Assembly: GCA_964426385.1 (NCBI GenBank)
Contig: CAYRQF010000001.1
Span: forward strand, 102,190-166,189
Direction: 5' to 3'
Length of the DNA stretch: 64,000 nucleotides
From: an uncultured Candidatus Saccharibacteria bacterium
GTDB taxonomy: Bacteria > Patescibacteriota > Minisyncoccia > Phycocordibacterales > CSBR16-119
Below, piece by piece: positions 9,140 through 19,169 of the stretch. Each line of letters starts with the position of its first letter. Within the stretch, counting starts at the first letter, position 1. The translations under genes and the position numbers were made by a program. The notes under the pieces were generated by a model. It saw only the letters and a program-made list of their open reading frames with translations. It did no database searches and was not told the origin of the DNA.

Positions 9140-9292
9140 ATGACAAAAAGATCAAGTGTAGACATCCGTCCGCAAAATGCGAACCCACGGAAGTCCAAGA
9201 ATAGAGTAGCGGCCAAGAAGGCCATGCTCGCGGCCAAGGCCAAAAAGGTAGTTGATAACAAGAACGCCTGGCGCAAAACCAAGGCCAAGTAG
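9140..9292 (+). CDS. 50-aa highly basic protein (not in ORF track)
   Basis: MTKRSSVDIRPQNANPRKSKNRVAAKKAMLAAKAKKVVDNKNAWRKTKAK*; TAGAAT upstream and a hairpin with T-run at 9308-9334. Confidence 0.7.
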   Translation: MTKRSSVDIRPQNANPRKSKNRVAAKKAMLAAKAKKVVDNKNAWRKTKAK

Positions 9293-9447
9293 AGGGAGGG
9301 AGACATGACCCGTATCAGAGATGATGCGGGTTTTGTTCTGCCAAAAAACCATGCATTAGAGAATATATTTGCTATTTTGGCAAGAATACGTAGACTATGG
9401 GTATATCAGTTAAATACCGGCCGCAAGGCTGGCAACTAAAGTAATAT

Positions 9448-10002
9448 ATGGGTAATTTTCAAGGAGGAGGGGCTAGAGGAGGATTTCGGGGTGGGGACCG
9501 CGGCGGCAAGCCATCGTTTGGAGGTAAGCCACGTTTTGGCGGAGCTAGAGGCTCTGATCGTGGTGACCGAGGTGATGTCGTGATGCACAAGGCTGTTTGT
9601 AGTGAATGTGGCAAAAGCACTGAAGTGCCTTTCAAGCCGACAGGTGACAAGCCTGTTTACTGCAAGGATTGCTTCAATGCCAAGCGTGATGAATCTGACA
9701 CGCGTGGTGGGGCACGTCCTAGCTACGACCGTGCGCCAAGGCGAGACTATGGTGACAAGCCAAGTTTCCGTCCTGACTCACGAAGTGAGCGCCCAGCCTA
9801 CAAGCCAGCGCCTGCTAACGACGAGACGAAGAAGGTAATGCAGGAGATCAGCACGAAACTCGATAAACTAATCAACGCCGTCGAGAGGCTCGCAGACTCG
9901 AGCAAAGCCGCTAGCCACAAAGAAGATGTGAAGAATGTGGTAGCCAAAGCGATGAAAGAAGACAAACCAAAAGCCAAGGCCGTTAAGAAGAAGAAAGCGT
10001 AA
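9448..10002 (+). CDS. CxxC-x17-CxxC domain protein with RGG-rich N-terminus
   Basis: MHKAVCSECG...VPFKP....PVYCKDCF. Confidence 0.85.
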   Translation: MGNFQGGGARGGFRGGDRGGKPSFGGKPRFGGARGSDRGDRGDVVMHKAVCSECGKSTEVPFKPTGDKPVYCKDCFNAKRDESDTRGGARPSYDRAPRRDYGDKPSFRPDSRSERPAYKPAPANDETKKVMQEISTKLDKLINAVERLADSSKAASHKEDVKNVVAKAMKEDKPKAKAVKKKKA

Positions 10003-10015
10003 TAATCATAAGTGA

Positions 10016-10052
10016 AAAAGCGGACCTCGGGGTAACCCGTGGTCCGCTTTTC
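10016..10052. terminator. bidirectional intrinsic terminator
   Basis: AAAAGCGGAC...GTCCGCTTTT between convergent genes. Confidence 0.75.
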
Positions 10053-10063
10053 TCAAGGCGTGG

Positions 10064-10360
10064 CTACATTGCGAGTAGCACTTCGACCTTGAGTAGATAG
10101 CCTTCGTCAATGCCGTGACTTTTCATCAGGCGAAGCAACGGGAGGATGAGGTTGATGTATTCTCGGTCCTCGGTATCCAGGTTCTTGGTGTTGCCAGAGT
10201 CCTCCTCGATACGGTCGATATTGGACTTGAGGTCACGCCAGTCTATGCCGGTGTAGAGGTGTGCAACTTCGACGTCATTTTCGACGATAGACACTTCTTT
10301 GGATGTCCGCTCGAGATGTTCGTCGTTCGAGAATCGTTCAGTGGAAGGCTTCTGTGTCAT
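10064..10360 (-). CDS. orphan hypothetical protein (MTQKPST...)
   Basis: Has its own TTGACA-17-TAGTAT promoter (10408 downward). Confidence 0.6.
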   Translation of the reverse strand: MTQKPSTERFSNDEHLERTSKEVSIVENDVEVAHLYTGIDWRDLKSNIDRIEEDSGNTKNLDTEDREYINLILPLLRLMKSHGIDEGYLLKVEVLLAM

Positions 10361-10428
10361 GGTGATCAGGTTTATAAAAATACTATTCGCTGGAGGCGGT
10401 ATTGTCAACGATTTGCTAAAATATATCT

Positions 10429-10695
10429 ATGACAGTTGAGAAACTCACAGATATTCCGAACGTAGGCAAGCGTGTGGCTGGAGACCTGGAACTCCTAGGG
10501 ATCAAAAAGCTCGCGGATCTCAGAAACAAAGACCCGTACAAGTTGTATCAGAAGCTTTGCAAACTAACAGGGGTACGACATGACCCATGCTTGCTCGATA
10601 CATTCATGGCGGTAGTTGATCATGCCAACGGTGCACCCAGAACCCCATGGTGGTTCTATACTGTGGAGAGGAAAAAGAAGTATCCGAATATATAA
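10429..10695 (+). CDS. helix-hairpin-helix protein (Cdd1/mitomycin-resistance-like)
   Basis: LTDIPNVG...DLELLGI, DPYKLY, RHDPCLLDTF and WW motifs. Confidence 0.85.
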   Translation: MTVEKLTDIPNVGKRVAGDLELLGIKKLADLRNKDPYKLYQKLCKLTGVRHDPCLLDTFMAVVDHANGAPRTPWWFYTVERKKKYPNI

Positions 10696-10756
10696 TTTTT
10701 TTTGGTGTTGTTGCCAAGGGAGTGTGTTTGAGATAGATTGGAACAAAACACTCCCC

Positions 10757-11128
10757 ATGAGAACACACCTGGTTGACCGTCTTTCATTCTTTGCAGGAGT
10801 TGCGACCTTGGTCTTTGTCGGCGGACACAATCACTGGGATGCATTGAGCATGTTCGTTTCTTTCCTGGTAATACTGCCAGCTATGGCGATGTCCATGGCT
10901 TGCAGGAATATGCTGGAGAAGCGATACTCCGGTGACCCACCGACAAATAGCTCGTTCTGGCGCATCGTCACGATCATCTTAGTGTTGTTCGCGATAGCAC
11001 TCCACGGGTTGATCATCGATAAGTATCCATTCACTGCTCCGGCCGTGACGATACTCGGTATTAGTTTACTCGAGCTTGTGGCCGTGCTCATGCTGCAGTA
11101 CCGTTGGAGCTCGCACTCCGAATGGTGA
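10757..11128 (+). CDS. orphan membrane protein
   Basis: Four hydrophobic segments; hairpin terminator at 11135-11173. Confidence 0.55.
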   Translation: MRTHLVDRLSFFAGVATLVFVGGHNHWDALSMFVSFLVILPAMAMSMACRNMLEKRYSGDPPTNSSFWRIVTIILVLFAIALHGLIIDKYPFTAPAVTILGISLLELVAVLMLQYRWSSHSEW

Positions 11129-11194
11129 AAACAGAGCCGTACCCTTTGCTAATATAGCGAGGGTGCGGCTTTTCATTTGTGTTAGTATTAGTTT

Positions 11195-11734
11195 ATGGAA
11201 TACAAATCAACATTGAAATACGTCATCGTCGCCATCGTTATCGCCGTCATCGGCGTACTCGGGTTTAAACTTCTCATGACTGAGGAAAGCGTTGCTACGC
11301 CAGATGATGTCATCGTTCATGAGGGCTGGCTCTCAGGCGAGACCGTGGATGCGCAGACTTTTATGTACCCAGCGGAGCTCGGGCTACAGTATGTCCGTAC
11401 ACAGGAGTGGCCACCAGTCATCAGTATGTTGAGCGAGTCATTTACCTGTACATCAGATGGTGTTGAGACTCAGGGGTCAGGCATTACTGAAGCTATAACC
11501 ATCAATGGACATGACTACTGCGCCACACGCCTCACAGAGGGTGCGGCAGGAAGTTCATATACTACTCACACTTATGTTAGATCATCAGGAGATACGACCG
11601 AGATGATGACTTTCACGACGAAGTCGGTCCAGTGTGGTAACTACGATGAGCTGGAGATGAATGAATGTATCGCTGAACAAGCGGCGTTCGATGTCGATAA
11701 ACTCGCTGACGAGATATTCCAAACCCTCCGATAG
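11195..11734 (+). CDS. membrane-anchored hypothetical protein
   Basis: N-terminal TM helix, EGAAGS motif and Cys pairs. Confidence 0.75.
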   Translation: MEYKSTLKYVIVAIVIAVIGVLGFKLLMTEESVATPDDVIVHEGWLSGETVDAQTFMYPAELGLQYVRTQEWPPVISMLSESFTCTSDGVETQGSGITEAITINGHDYCATRLTEGAAGSSYTTHTYVRSSGDTTEMMTFTTKSVQCGNYDELEMNECIAEQAAFDVDKLADEIFQTLR

Positions 11735-11783
11735 CTCACAGTTTCATTACCGCTTATACTAAACTTGTGTTAATCTCTCTCCT

Positions 11784-13274
11784 ATGTCCAAAGACGAGAC
11801 AATCTTACGTTTCGAAGAAGTAGACTTCGAATATAATCCGAACAAACCGATCCTCGACGAGGTGTCTTTTTCTGTGCGTCAGGGGATGAAGCTCACTATC
11901 ATGGGACAGAACGGCGCTGGCAAGTCCACACTGTTCGGGCTCATCACAGGTGAGTACGACCCCAACAATGGCGAGATACATATCGTAAAGGGTACTAGTA
12001 TCGCCATAGCAAGACAGGTGATCCCTAGGGATCAGATGGATCTATCTATCCGAGAATTCTTTCAGAATTGTTTCAAAGAGAAAGTCTACGATATCGACCC
12101 TCGGATAGACGAGGTGCTCGAGATAGTTCACCTCAAGGGTCATGAGAAAGTTCATGACCGCATAGTGAAAAGTTTCTCAGGAGGTCAGCAAGCGAGAATA
12201 CTACTCGCCTCTGCTCTCATCCAGGAACCTGACATCCTCCTCCTCGACGAGCCGACGAACAATCTCGACAAAGCGGGTATCGAACATCTCACAGACTTCC
12301 TGAAAAAATATGAAAAGACATGTCTGGTTATTTCCCATGATGCTGAGTTCCTGAACTCATTCACCGATGGTGTCCTGTATCTCGATGTCTTCACTAGGAA
12401 GATAGAGCGATATGTCGGTAACTACTATGATGTGGTCAAAGATATCAGTGCACGTGTCGAAAAAGAAAACATAAAGAATGCGCGCCTCGGGAAAATCATC
12501 CAAGCGAAAAAAGATCAGGCCAATGTCTTCGCCCACAAGGGTGGAAACCTGCGTGCTGTGGCGAAAAGGATGCGTGACCTCGCGGCAGATCTCGAGGAGG
12601 AGCTCGTTGATGTTAGGAAAGAAGACAAAACCATCCGGCCATTCACCATCCCATTCCAGGACGACATCACCGGTGAGATCATCAGGCTCGAGTCAGTGAA
12701 AGTGATCCGAAACCACAAACCTACCGAGAAGAAAGTAAACATCAAGCTCAAGAAGAACAATCACTTGCTCCTGGCCGGTCCGAATGGTATCGGCAAGTCG
12801 ACTCTACTCGAGTCTATCGCTAGCGGTAAGAGTGCTGGTACGACCATCGCCTCGGGTGTCCGTGTCGGTTATTATCGACAGGACTTCTCAACCCTAGACT
12901 TCAATCAGACAGTTTATGAATCCCTCCGGGATGGGATGGCTGTCGCCAACATGCCACTTAACGAAGAGCGCCTCCGGGCAACCGCAGCTGGGTTTCTCCT
13001 CACCAGTGAAGTCATAAATACGAAAATCGGAAGTTTGTCCGAGGGGCAGAAGGGGCTCGTTGCATTCGCGAGACTCGTACTCGAGCGTCCAGGGCTACTC
13101 ATACTCGATGAGCCAACGAACCACATAAATTTCAGACACCTACCGATAATCGCGCAAGCACTCGACAAATACGAGGGCGCTATGATTCTCGTATCTCACG
13201 TGCCAGACTTCGTCGAGCAGATACGTATCGACGAGAAGCTAGATCTAGACAAGAAAGTTACAAAAGATTCTTAA
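11784..13274 (+). CDS. ABC-F family ribosome-associated ATPase
   Basis: Two NBDs (GQNGAGKST, GPNGIGKST), SGGQ/SEGQ, LDEPTN twice, and no TM segments. Confidence 0.93.
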   Translation: MSKDETILRFEEVDFEYNPNKPILDEVSFSVRQGMKLTIMGQNGAGKSTLFGLITGEYDPNNGEIHIVKGTSIAIARQVIPRDQMDLSIREFFQNCFKEKVYDIDPRIDEVLEIVHLKGHEKVHDRIVKSFSGGQQARILLASALIQEPDILLLDEPTNNLDKAGIEHLTDFLKKYEKTCLVISHDAEFLNSFTDGVLYLDVFTRKIERYVGNYYDVVKDISARVEKENIKNARLGKIIQAKKDQANVFAHKGGNLRAVAKRMRDLAADLEEELVDVRKEDKTIRPFTIPFQDDITGEIIRLESVKVIRNHKPTEKKVNIKLKKNNHLLLAGPNGIGKSTLLESIASGKSAGTTIASGVRVGYYRQDFSTLDFNQTVYESLRDGMAVANMPLNEERLRATAAGFLLTSEVINTKIGSLSEGQKGLVAFARLVLERPGLLILDEPTNHINFRHLPIIAQALDKYEGAMILVSHVPDFVEQIRIDEKLDLDKKVTKDS

Positions 13275-14517
13275 CAGCATTTTTACCAGCGACGTGTCCA
13301 GTAGTCCAACATAGCTGGAGACTGTATCCGCCTGACGGTCGGTCGATGTTCAGGATATCTCCGACGAGAAATAGATTCGGGAAAGTTCTGGACTGCATAG
13401 TTTTCATATCTACCTCTGTGAGCAACACGCCACCACTCGAGATGACAGCCTTGTCGAGTCCGAGAAGTCTGTCGACGTGCATCGGTACGGCCTTGAGGAG
13501 CTGAACCAGAGCGAGCCTGTCGCCCCTACTGATACTGTTGCATGTTTTGTCACCACTTATGCCGGAAAGCTCAACGATAGTATCTGTCATCGCACCTGTG
13601 ATGAGACTGCCGAGAGAGTTCTTGAATTTCTTCGTGGCATTCGCGCTGAATACTTTCTGGAGTTCTAGGTTGAGTTCGCCATAGTTAAATCGTGGCAAGA
13701 GGTCGAGAGTTATCTTGACCGGTCCGTATTTTAGTAGTTCACCAACGTCACGACTCATGTTGAGTACCGTTGGTCCGGAGATGCCGACGTGAGTGAAGAG
13801 AATTTTACCTGCGACTTTGTCCTGCAGTACATCGTTCTGCCAGAGAGATAGTTTGATATCGCGTAGTGTCGTACCAGCCATAGACTTGGCCCACTTGTCT
13901 TTCAGCGCTATCGGAACGAGCGATGCGGTCGGCTCACTAACAGTGTGCCCGATATCGCGAAGCCACTTGTATCCATCACCGGTCGAGCCAGTCTCAGGGC
14001 GAGAAGTTCCACCTGTGGCGATGATTATGCTTTTACCAAGTATAACTTTCTTGTTCTTCAGCCGGACTCCGACGATCCTATCCTCCTCTCGAATAATCTC
14101 GGTAACAGGTGAGTTCGAGAGTATCTCTACATTGAGCCTTTTCATATTATCAACGAGTACATCCCAGACTGACTGTGCAGAGTCCGAGACAGGGAAGACT
14201 CGCAGTTCATTCTCAACTTTGGTCGGCATGTTTTTGTCATGGAAGAAGTCCAGAGTGTCCCTAACAGACCAGTCGGAGAATGCTGAGAAAAGGAACTTGG
14301 AGTTTTCTTTGAATTTGCTCAGGAGTTTTCGGGTGTCGAACTCAGCGTTCGTGACGTTGCAACGTCCTCCCCCAGTGATGAGGAGTTTCTTGCCGAGAGT
14401 TCCATTCTTCTCGATAAGGACTACGCGCGCGCCAGACTCGGCCGCTGTACCTGCAGCCATCATTCCGGCAGGCCCGCCACCGACGATCACTACATCATAG
14501 AGAGTATCTTTGTCCAT
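13258..14517 (-). CDS. HI0933/BaiN (YhiN) family flavoprotein
   Basis: GGGPAGMMAA, GKKLLITGGGRCNVTN and GGYSLQ motifs. Confidence 0.92.
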   Translation of the reverse strand: MDKDTLYDVVIVGGGPAGMMAAGTAAESGARVVLIEKNGTLGKKLLITGGGRCNVTNAEFDTRKLLSKFKENSKFLFSAFSDWSVRDTLDFFHDKNMPTKVENELRVFPVSDSAQSVWDVLVDNMKRLNVEILSNSPVTEIIREEDRIVGVRLKNKKVILGKSIIIATGGTSRPETGSTGDGYKWLRDIGHTVSEPTASLVPIALKDKWAKSMAGTTLRDIKLSLWQNDVLQDKVAGKILFTHVGISGPTVLNMSRDVGELLKYGPVKITLDLLPRFNYGELNLELQKVFSANATKKFKNSLGSLITGAMTDTIVELSGISGDKTCNSISRGDRLALVQLLKAVPMHVDRLLGLDKAVISSGGVLLTEVDMKTMQSRTFPNLFLVGDILNIDRPSGGYSLQLCWTTGHVAGKNAVKNLL

Positions 14518-14554
14518 TTGGCTATCCTAGCGTATTTGGTGATAGAATAAAAGA

Positions 14555-15076
14555 ATGGAGACAAATAATACAAAAACATGGCAAGTGGTTCTGGGGATAG
14601 CGATAATAATATTTTTAGCGATCTGGTTGTTTAAAATGCCAGAGCGGGAAGTAGTTTTACCAACAGGAGATACAGGAGAAGAAGTTGTTGATAATGACGA
14701 AGAAGAGGCCATGAAAGAAATGTGCTACATCTGGAATACAGAAGCAGGCGATAGTGCGACACTTCGGCTAAGTATCAATGGTGACACGGCAAACGGAAGT
14801 CTCAACTGGATCCCGGCAGAGAAGGATCGTAAAACCGGAAATTTCGAAGGCAAGGTTGCAAGCGTTGGAACGGTTGACGCTCTCTGGAAAGTTTCAGCTG
14901 AGGGTATGACCTATGACGAACAGCTTATTCTGAAGTACAGCGAGACTTCTGCTAACGTAGGATTCGGCATGATGGAAGATAGGGGAGACGGAACATATGT
15001 CTATAGTGACCCGACGAATCTATCGTACGAGCCGAATCTCGCGAGAACGGATTGTGGAGATGAGGCCGTTAGATAA
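14555..15076 (+). CDS. membrane-anchored hypothetical protein
   Basis: N-terminal TM helix and PAEKD...G motif. Confidence 0.7.
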   Translation: METNNTKTWQVVLGIAIIIFLAIWLFKMPEREVVLPTGDTGEEVVDNDEEEAMKEMCYIWNTEAGDSATLRLSINGDTANGSLNWIPAEKDRKTGNFEGKVASVGTVDALWKVSAEGMTYDEQLILKYSETSANVGFGMMEDRGDGTYVYSDPTNLSYEPNLARTDCGDEAVR

Positions 15077-15213
15077 CTAAAAATAATTGAGAGAAACTCC
15101 GGATAATAAGCCGGAGTTTTTCATTGGTGTTGAAAAAGTCTTGACAGGGGAGCATTTAGCGGTAATATACTCCCCGGATAGCAACAACGCTTTCCTTCCA
15201 AACCATTTACACG

Positions 15214-15888
15214 ATGAAGATAGGACAGTTCGGAATCTCGGAAAAGAGCACGAAGAACGTGCTTGTGATGGGGATGGGGGTTTCAGACAACAGTGTACAG
15301 CTGTTGTCGGAGCTCCGTTCCATGGGCTATACGTTGACCGCACACACCAAAACCGTCGACAAGCTCGGCGGTGCCAAGGTGGGTGAGGTCATCGACTTCA
15401 CTACGTACTCGAACGACGAGCAGATCGCACCCTACCCACTGTGCGGACTGCCACAGAATGTGTTCGAGGCGATGACCGTCACCGAGGACAAGCACGGGAA
15501 TGCACTGTGGGAGCGTGGTACCACGAAAAGGATCCGCCCGATCTCGATCGTGTTCGCCCCCGTGAGCCAAACACTCTCCGGTGGAGAAACCAACGCGTTT
15601 GACCTCATGACGCAGGTGCACTACAACACCATCGGCGCCATCAGTGCCGCCTTCGCAGGGGGCCGGATCGTGGTGACGAATGAGGCTGACCTCACGGAGC
15701 TCATCCAGTTCATCGGTGGATCCGAGGACAACAAGCTCGAGCCCGAGACCTATTGCGCCCTGGCCGTACGCTACGGAACCAAGGCCATCGCTGGACTCGG
15801 TACACGCCTGAAGAACATCGGACACAAGATGGTGGACCTCACGAAGATGGCCGACGAGGTGCTCGAGCGCGTGATGATGACGAGCTGA
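15214..15888 (+). CDS. orphan protein, possibly a highly diverged MGS-like/PurH N-terminal domain
   Basis: Has its own promoter (TTGACA at 15141) and terminator (15949-15980); by-eye resemblance to the PurH IMPCH fold. Confidence 0.5.
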   Translation: MKIGQFGISEKSTKNVLVMGMGVSDNSVQLLSELRSMGYTLTAHTKTVDKLGGAKVGEVIDFTTYSNDEQIAPYPLCGLPQNVFEAMTVTEDKHGNALWERGTTKRIRPISIVFAPVSQTLSGGETNAFDLMTQVHYNTIGAISAAFAGGRIVVTNEADLTELIQFIGGSEDNKLEPETYCALAVRYGTKAIAGLGTRLKNIGHKMVDLTKMADEVLERVMMTS

Positions 15889-16022
15889 TCGGAAGGAGAA
15901 GTACAAAACATTGCCGTCATGCACTGAGTGCGACGGAAGGAGAGTCGAGGACCCATGCCGGGAGGTGTGGGTCCTTTTTCTTTTCCACTACTATTTATAT
16001 AGAAAACAAAGTAAAATAAGGA

Positions 16023-19000
16023 TTGTTAATGCCACCACAAAGTAAAAATATCAGAAGATACTCAGTCAGGACTGTTGTCGGCATTTTGATTGCTGTGGTT
16101 TTTCTAACGTCCACACAAATCATCGAAGCCGCCGCTCCGACGGTGGTAACTGGGGCAGCAACTAGTATCACAAAAACTAGTGCTATTTTGGCTGGATCTA
16201 TCACTAGTAACGGAGGTGAGCTTATAACCGACACTGGTTTCGAGTTTGGACTTACCGATAGTTATGGACAAATTATACCTTCAACTGATAACACTACTGA
16301 GTATGTGTCTGAATTTGGCACAAGTGGGTCCGGAAATGGGCAGTTCGCCAATCCATTTGACATAGATATTGATTCCGCGGGCAATATATATGTTGTTGAG
16401 CAAGATGGTTCCCGAGTTCAAAAATTTAACCCTGCGGGGGTTTACCAGATGAAATTTGGTTCCTTTGGTGTAGGTGATGGACAATTTCAACAATCAAGAG
16501 GTATCGGTGTTGATTCCGCGGGTAATATATATGTAGCCGATACGTCCCGAGTTCAAAAATTCAACTCCGCGGGAGTCTACCAGTCGCAGCTTGTGGGAAG
16601 CTTTTCTGACCCAACCGATATTGGAATTGATTCTTCCGATAATGTTTATGTGGTAAATTTCGGAGGGCACGAGATAGATATATATAATTCTGCAGGCGTT
16701 TTTCAGAATACTGTAGGGTCTTTGGGTACTGGCGATGGTCAGTTTTCAAACCCTATGTACATAGCTTTCGATTCAATTGGTAACTTTTTTGTAACTGACT
16801 TTGGAAATCATCGTGTTCAAAAATTCAACTCTGCGGGTGTTTACCAGTCACAGTTCGGCTCGGATGGCGATGACAACAATGGCGACGGTGATGGCGAATT
16901 TTCATATATTAGGGGTATCGCTATCAACTCCAATGACGATATTTATGTGAGTGATATATCACAAAACAGAGTCCAAAAATTCAACTCCGCGGGGGTGTAT
17001 TTGTCACAGTTTGGTACGTCAGGTAACGACGATGGAGAGTTTTCTGGAGCGTACGATGTAGCTATAGATAGTCTCGACGCAATATACGTAACAGATTCGC
17101 AGAATAACCGTGTTCAAAAGTTTATAGAGCAGTTTTCTGCGGATCTAAATGCCGTACTTCCAACCCTGACATGTGGTACGACTTATCACTACAGAGCATA
17201 TGCAACAAATGCTACCGCAACTAGTTACGGAGATGACGAGACATTCACAACCTTAGCCTGTGAGGAGTACATAGTTAGAACTGGACTTGCCTCATCCGCA
17301 ACAACCACAACGGTGTCTCTAGCCGGCACTCATGAAGGTGAAGGTAGTCTCAACATTACAGGCCGAGGATTTAACTACGGCCTAACTGATTCGTATGGCT
17401 CCAGCGTAAGCGAGACGGGGGATTTATTTATCGATAAATTTGGTAGTGCTGGTGGTGGGGGTGGAAATGGTACGTTTCAATTTCTCGCTTCAGTCGGAAC
17501 TGATGTAGACGGAAATATTTATACTACTGATCAGTTCGAGGATGTCATTCAGAAATTTGATGCAGATGGAAATTTCGTCTCACAGTATAATGTCAGCTTT
17601 CCAGCGCCAGGCGGATTATCACTGCCATTTTCCGTACGCGGTGCACCGGACGGTAAGCTGTACGCAATCGATGCCTACAATTCTCAGATTGTAAGATTTG
17701 ATAATAGCCTCTTTGCAAACCCGACGGTGTTTGCAGCGGGTGGCGGAGTATCATTCCCAACAGGTGTCGGATTCGACTCAGATAGCAATGTATATATAGC
17801 TGACTATGGAAATGATCGTATTGCCAAATTCAATCCAGCTGGGACTTTACTCAGCACAATCAGTGCAGGTTCGGGTGGCGGAAATGGGCAACTCTCGGGC
17901 CCCAGTGCTGTTGCTGTAGATACTGATGGCAATATCTATGTCTTGGATACCAATAACATGCGCGTTCAGAAATTCAGTAGTGCAGGAACGTATGTAGCTC
18001 AAGTCGGTAGTGCTGGAAGCGGGAATGGAGAATTCGGTATTTCGTACCAATCGTCGATTGCTGTCGACGCCGATAATTTCGTATATGTTGTCGACACATC
18101 GAACAACCGCGTTCAGAAGTTCAATTCGAATTTGGTTTATCAGTCTCAGTTCGGGGTCTCAGGGGCTGGCGATGGCGAGTTTAGTGGACCTACAGGCATC
18201 GCCATCGGAGCAAATGGAGATATTGTTATTGCAGACGTCGGAAATAGTCGCGTTCAGATATTTAACGAACATTTCGCACTCGGAGTTACTGGGCTTATAT
18301 GCGGTACAACCTATCATTACCAAGCAACTGCAACAGGCCCTGACGGCACAGAGACAGGAGACGATGCCACTCTTACGACATCCGTCTGTCCAGTCGCAGC
18401 GTCCAGTGGTGGGGGTGGATCGAGTGGAACACATTTTATCTGTACGGACTCGAGCGCTGTCAATTACACCAAGGACATTGGTGATGGACGAGTAAATAAT
18501 GATATATGTAAGTATAAACAGGTGAATGTTCCGACTACAGAGCTCGCTTGCGAGACGCCTTTGTACCTAACTCGTCCGGTGAAGTTTGGTGCATCAAATA
18601 ATCCTGACGACGTCAGACTTCTAGAGAAATACCTGAACACTTACGAAGACAGCAACTTAACAGTCGACGGCTTCTATTCTAAAGCAGATTTCGATACAGT
18701 TGTTAGGTGGCAAGAGAAGTACAGTTCTGAGATCCTGACACCGTGGGGTATTACCGAAGGTACCGGCTATGTCTTCATCACAAGTTTGCGGAAAATCAAA
18801 CATATTCACGAATCGAAATGTGCCGAGGGTGGATACGTCACCGCGAGTGAGGCTTGTTACTTATATGACCAGGTGCTTAAGCGTGGCATGAATAGCGGCT
18901 TCGTCAAGTTCGCACAGAAAGCCCTTCTCGCATCAGGAAACTTGGCGGGTACTGCAGACGGAGTCTTCGGTTCGGTGACTGAGCTAGCGGTCAAGAATTT

Positions 19001-19085
19001 TCAAGCTAAAAATGGGTTAGCGAGCGATGGTGTTATCGGCCCCACAACAGGTAACCTATTGTCTGGAGTAAAGTGTGACATATAG
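16023..19085 (+). CDS. exported NHL-repeat beta-propeller protein with FN3-like segments and C-terminal peptidoglycan-binding domain
   Basis: Signal peptide; repeated F..P..I.VDS.GNIYV.D..N.RVQKF; TTYHYRAYATN; ADGVFG..T..AVKNFQ..NGL..DG.IG. Confidence 0.9.
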   Translation: MLMPPQSKNIRRYSVRTVVGILIAVVFLTSTQIIEAAAPTVVTGAATSITKTSAILAGSITSNGGELITDTGFEFGLTDSYGQIIPSTDNTTEYVSEFGTSGSGNGQFANPFDIDIDSAGNIYVVEQDGSRVQKFNPAGVYQMKFGSFGVGDGQFQQSRGIGVDSAGNIYVADTSRVQKFNSAGVYQSQLVGSFSDPTDIGIDSSDNVYVVNFGGHEIDIYNSAGVFQNTVGSLGTGDGQFSNPMYIAFDSIGNFFVTDFGNHRVQKFNSAGVYQSQFGSDGDDNNGDGDGEFSYIRGIAINSNDDIYVSDISQNRVQKFNSAGVYLSQFGTSGNDDGEFSGAYDVAIDSLDAIYVTDSQNNRVQKFIEQFSADLNAVLPTLTCGTTYHYRAYATNATATSYGDDETFTTLACEEYIVRTGLASSATTTTVSLAGTHEGEGSLNITGRGFNYGLTDSYGSSVSETGDLFIDKFGSAGGGGGNGTFQFLASVGTDVDGNIYTTDQFEDVIQKFDADGNFVSQYNVSFPAPGGLSLPFSVRGAPDGKLYAIDAYNSQIVRFDNSLFANPTVFAAGGGVSFPTGVGFDSDSNVYIADYGNDRIAKFNPAGTLLSTISAGSGGGNGQLSGPSAVAVDTDGNIYVLDTNNMRVQKFSSAGTYVAQVGSAGSGNGEFGISYQSSIAVDADNFVYVVDTSNNRVQKFNSNLVYQSQFGVSGAGDGEFSGPTGIAIGANGDIVIADVGNSRVQIFNEHFALGVTGLICGTTYHYQATATGPDGTETGDDATLTTSVCPVAASSGGGGSSGTHFICTDSSAVNYTKDIGDGRVNNDICKYKQVNVPTTELACETPLYLTRPVKFGASNNPDDVRLLEKYLNTYEDSNLTVDGFYSKADFDTVVRWQEKYSSEILTPWGITEGTGYVFITSLRKIKHIHESKCAEGGYVTASEACYLYDQVLKRGMNSGFVKFAQKALLASGNLAGTADGVFGSVTELAVKNFQAKNGLASDGVIGPTTGNLLSGVKCDI

Positions 19086-19169
19086 TTAGCATTCTCACCT
19101 CGATTAATCACCAGAATCTCTTTATCCACTACAAGATACTAACGAGGCGTAGTAAAATATAGGCTGTTA

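Noticed and set aside
13793-14500. Long antisense ORFs (also 15283-15924, 32022-32840, 42285-42944, 48537-49349, 49986-50582)
   Set aside because: Shadow frames opposite well-supported genes, with no motifs.
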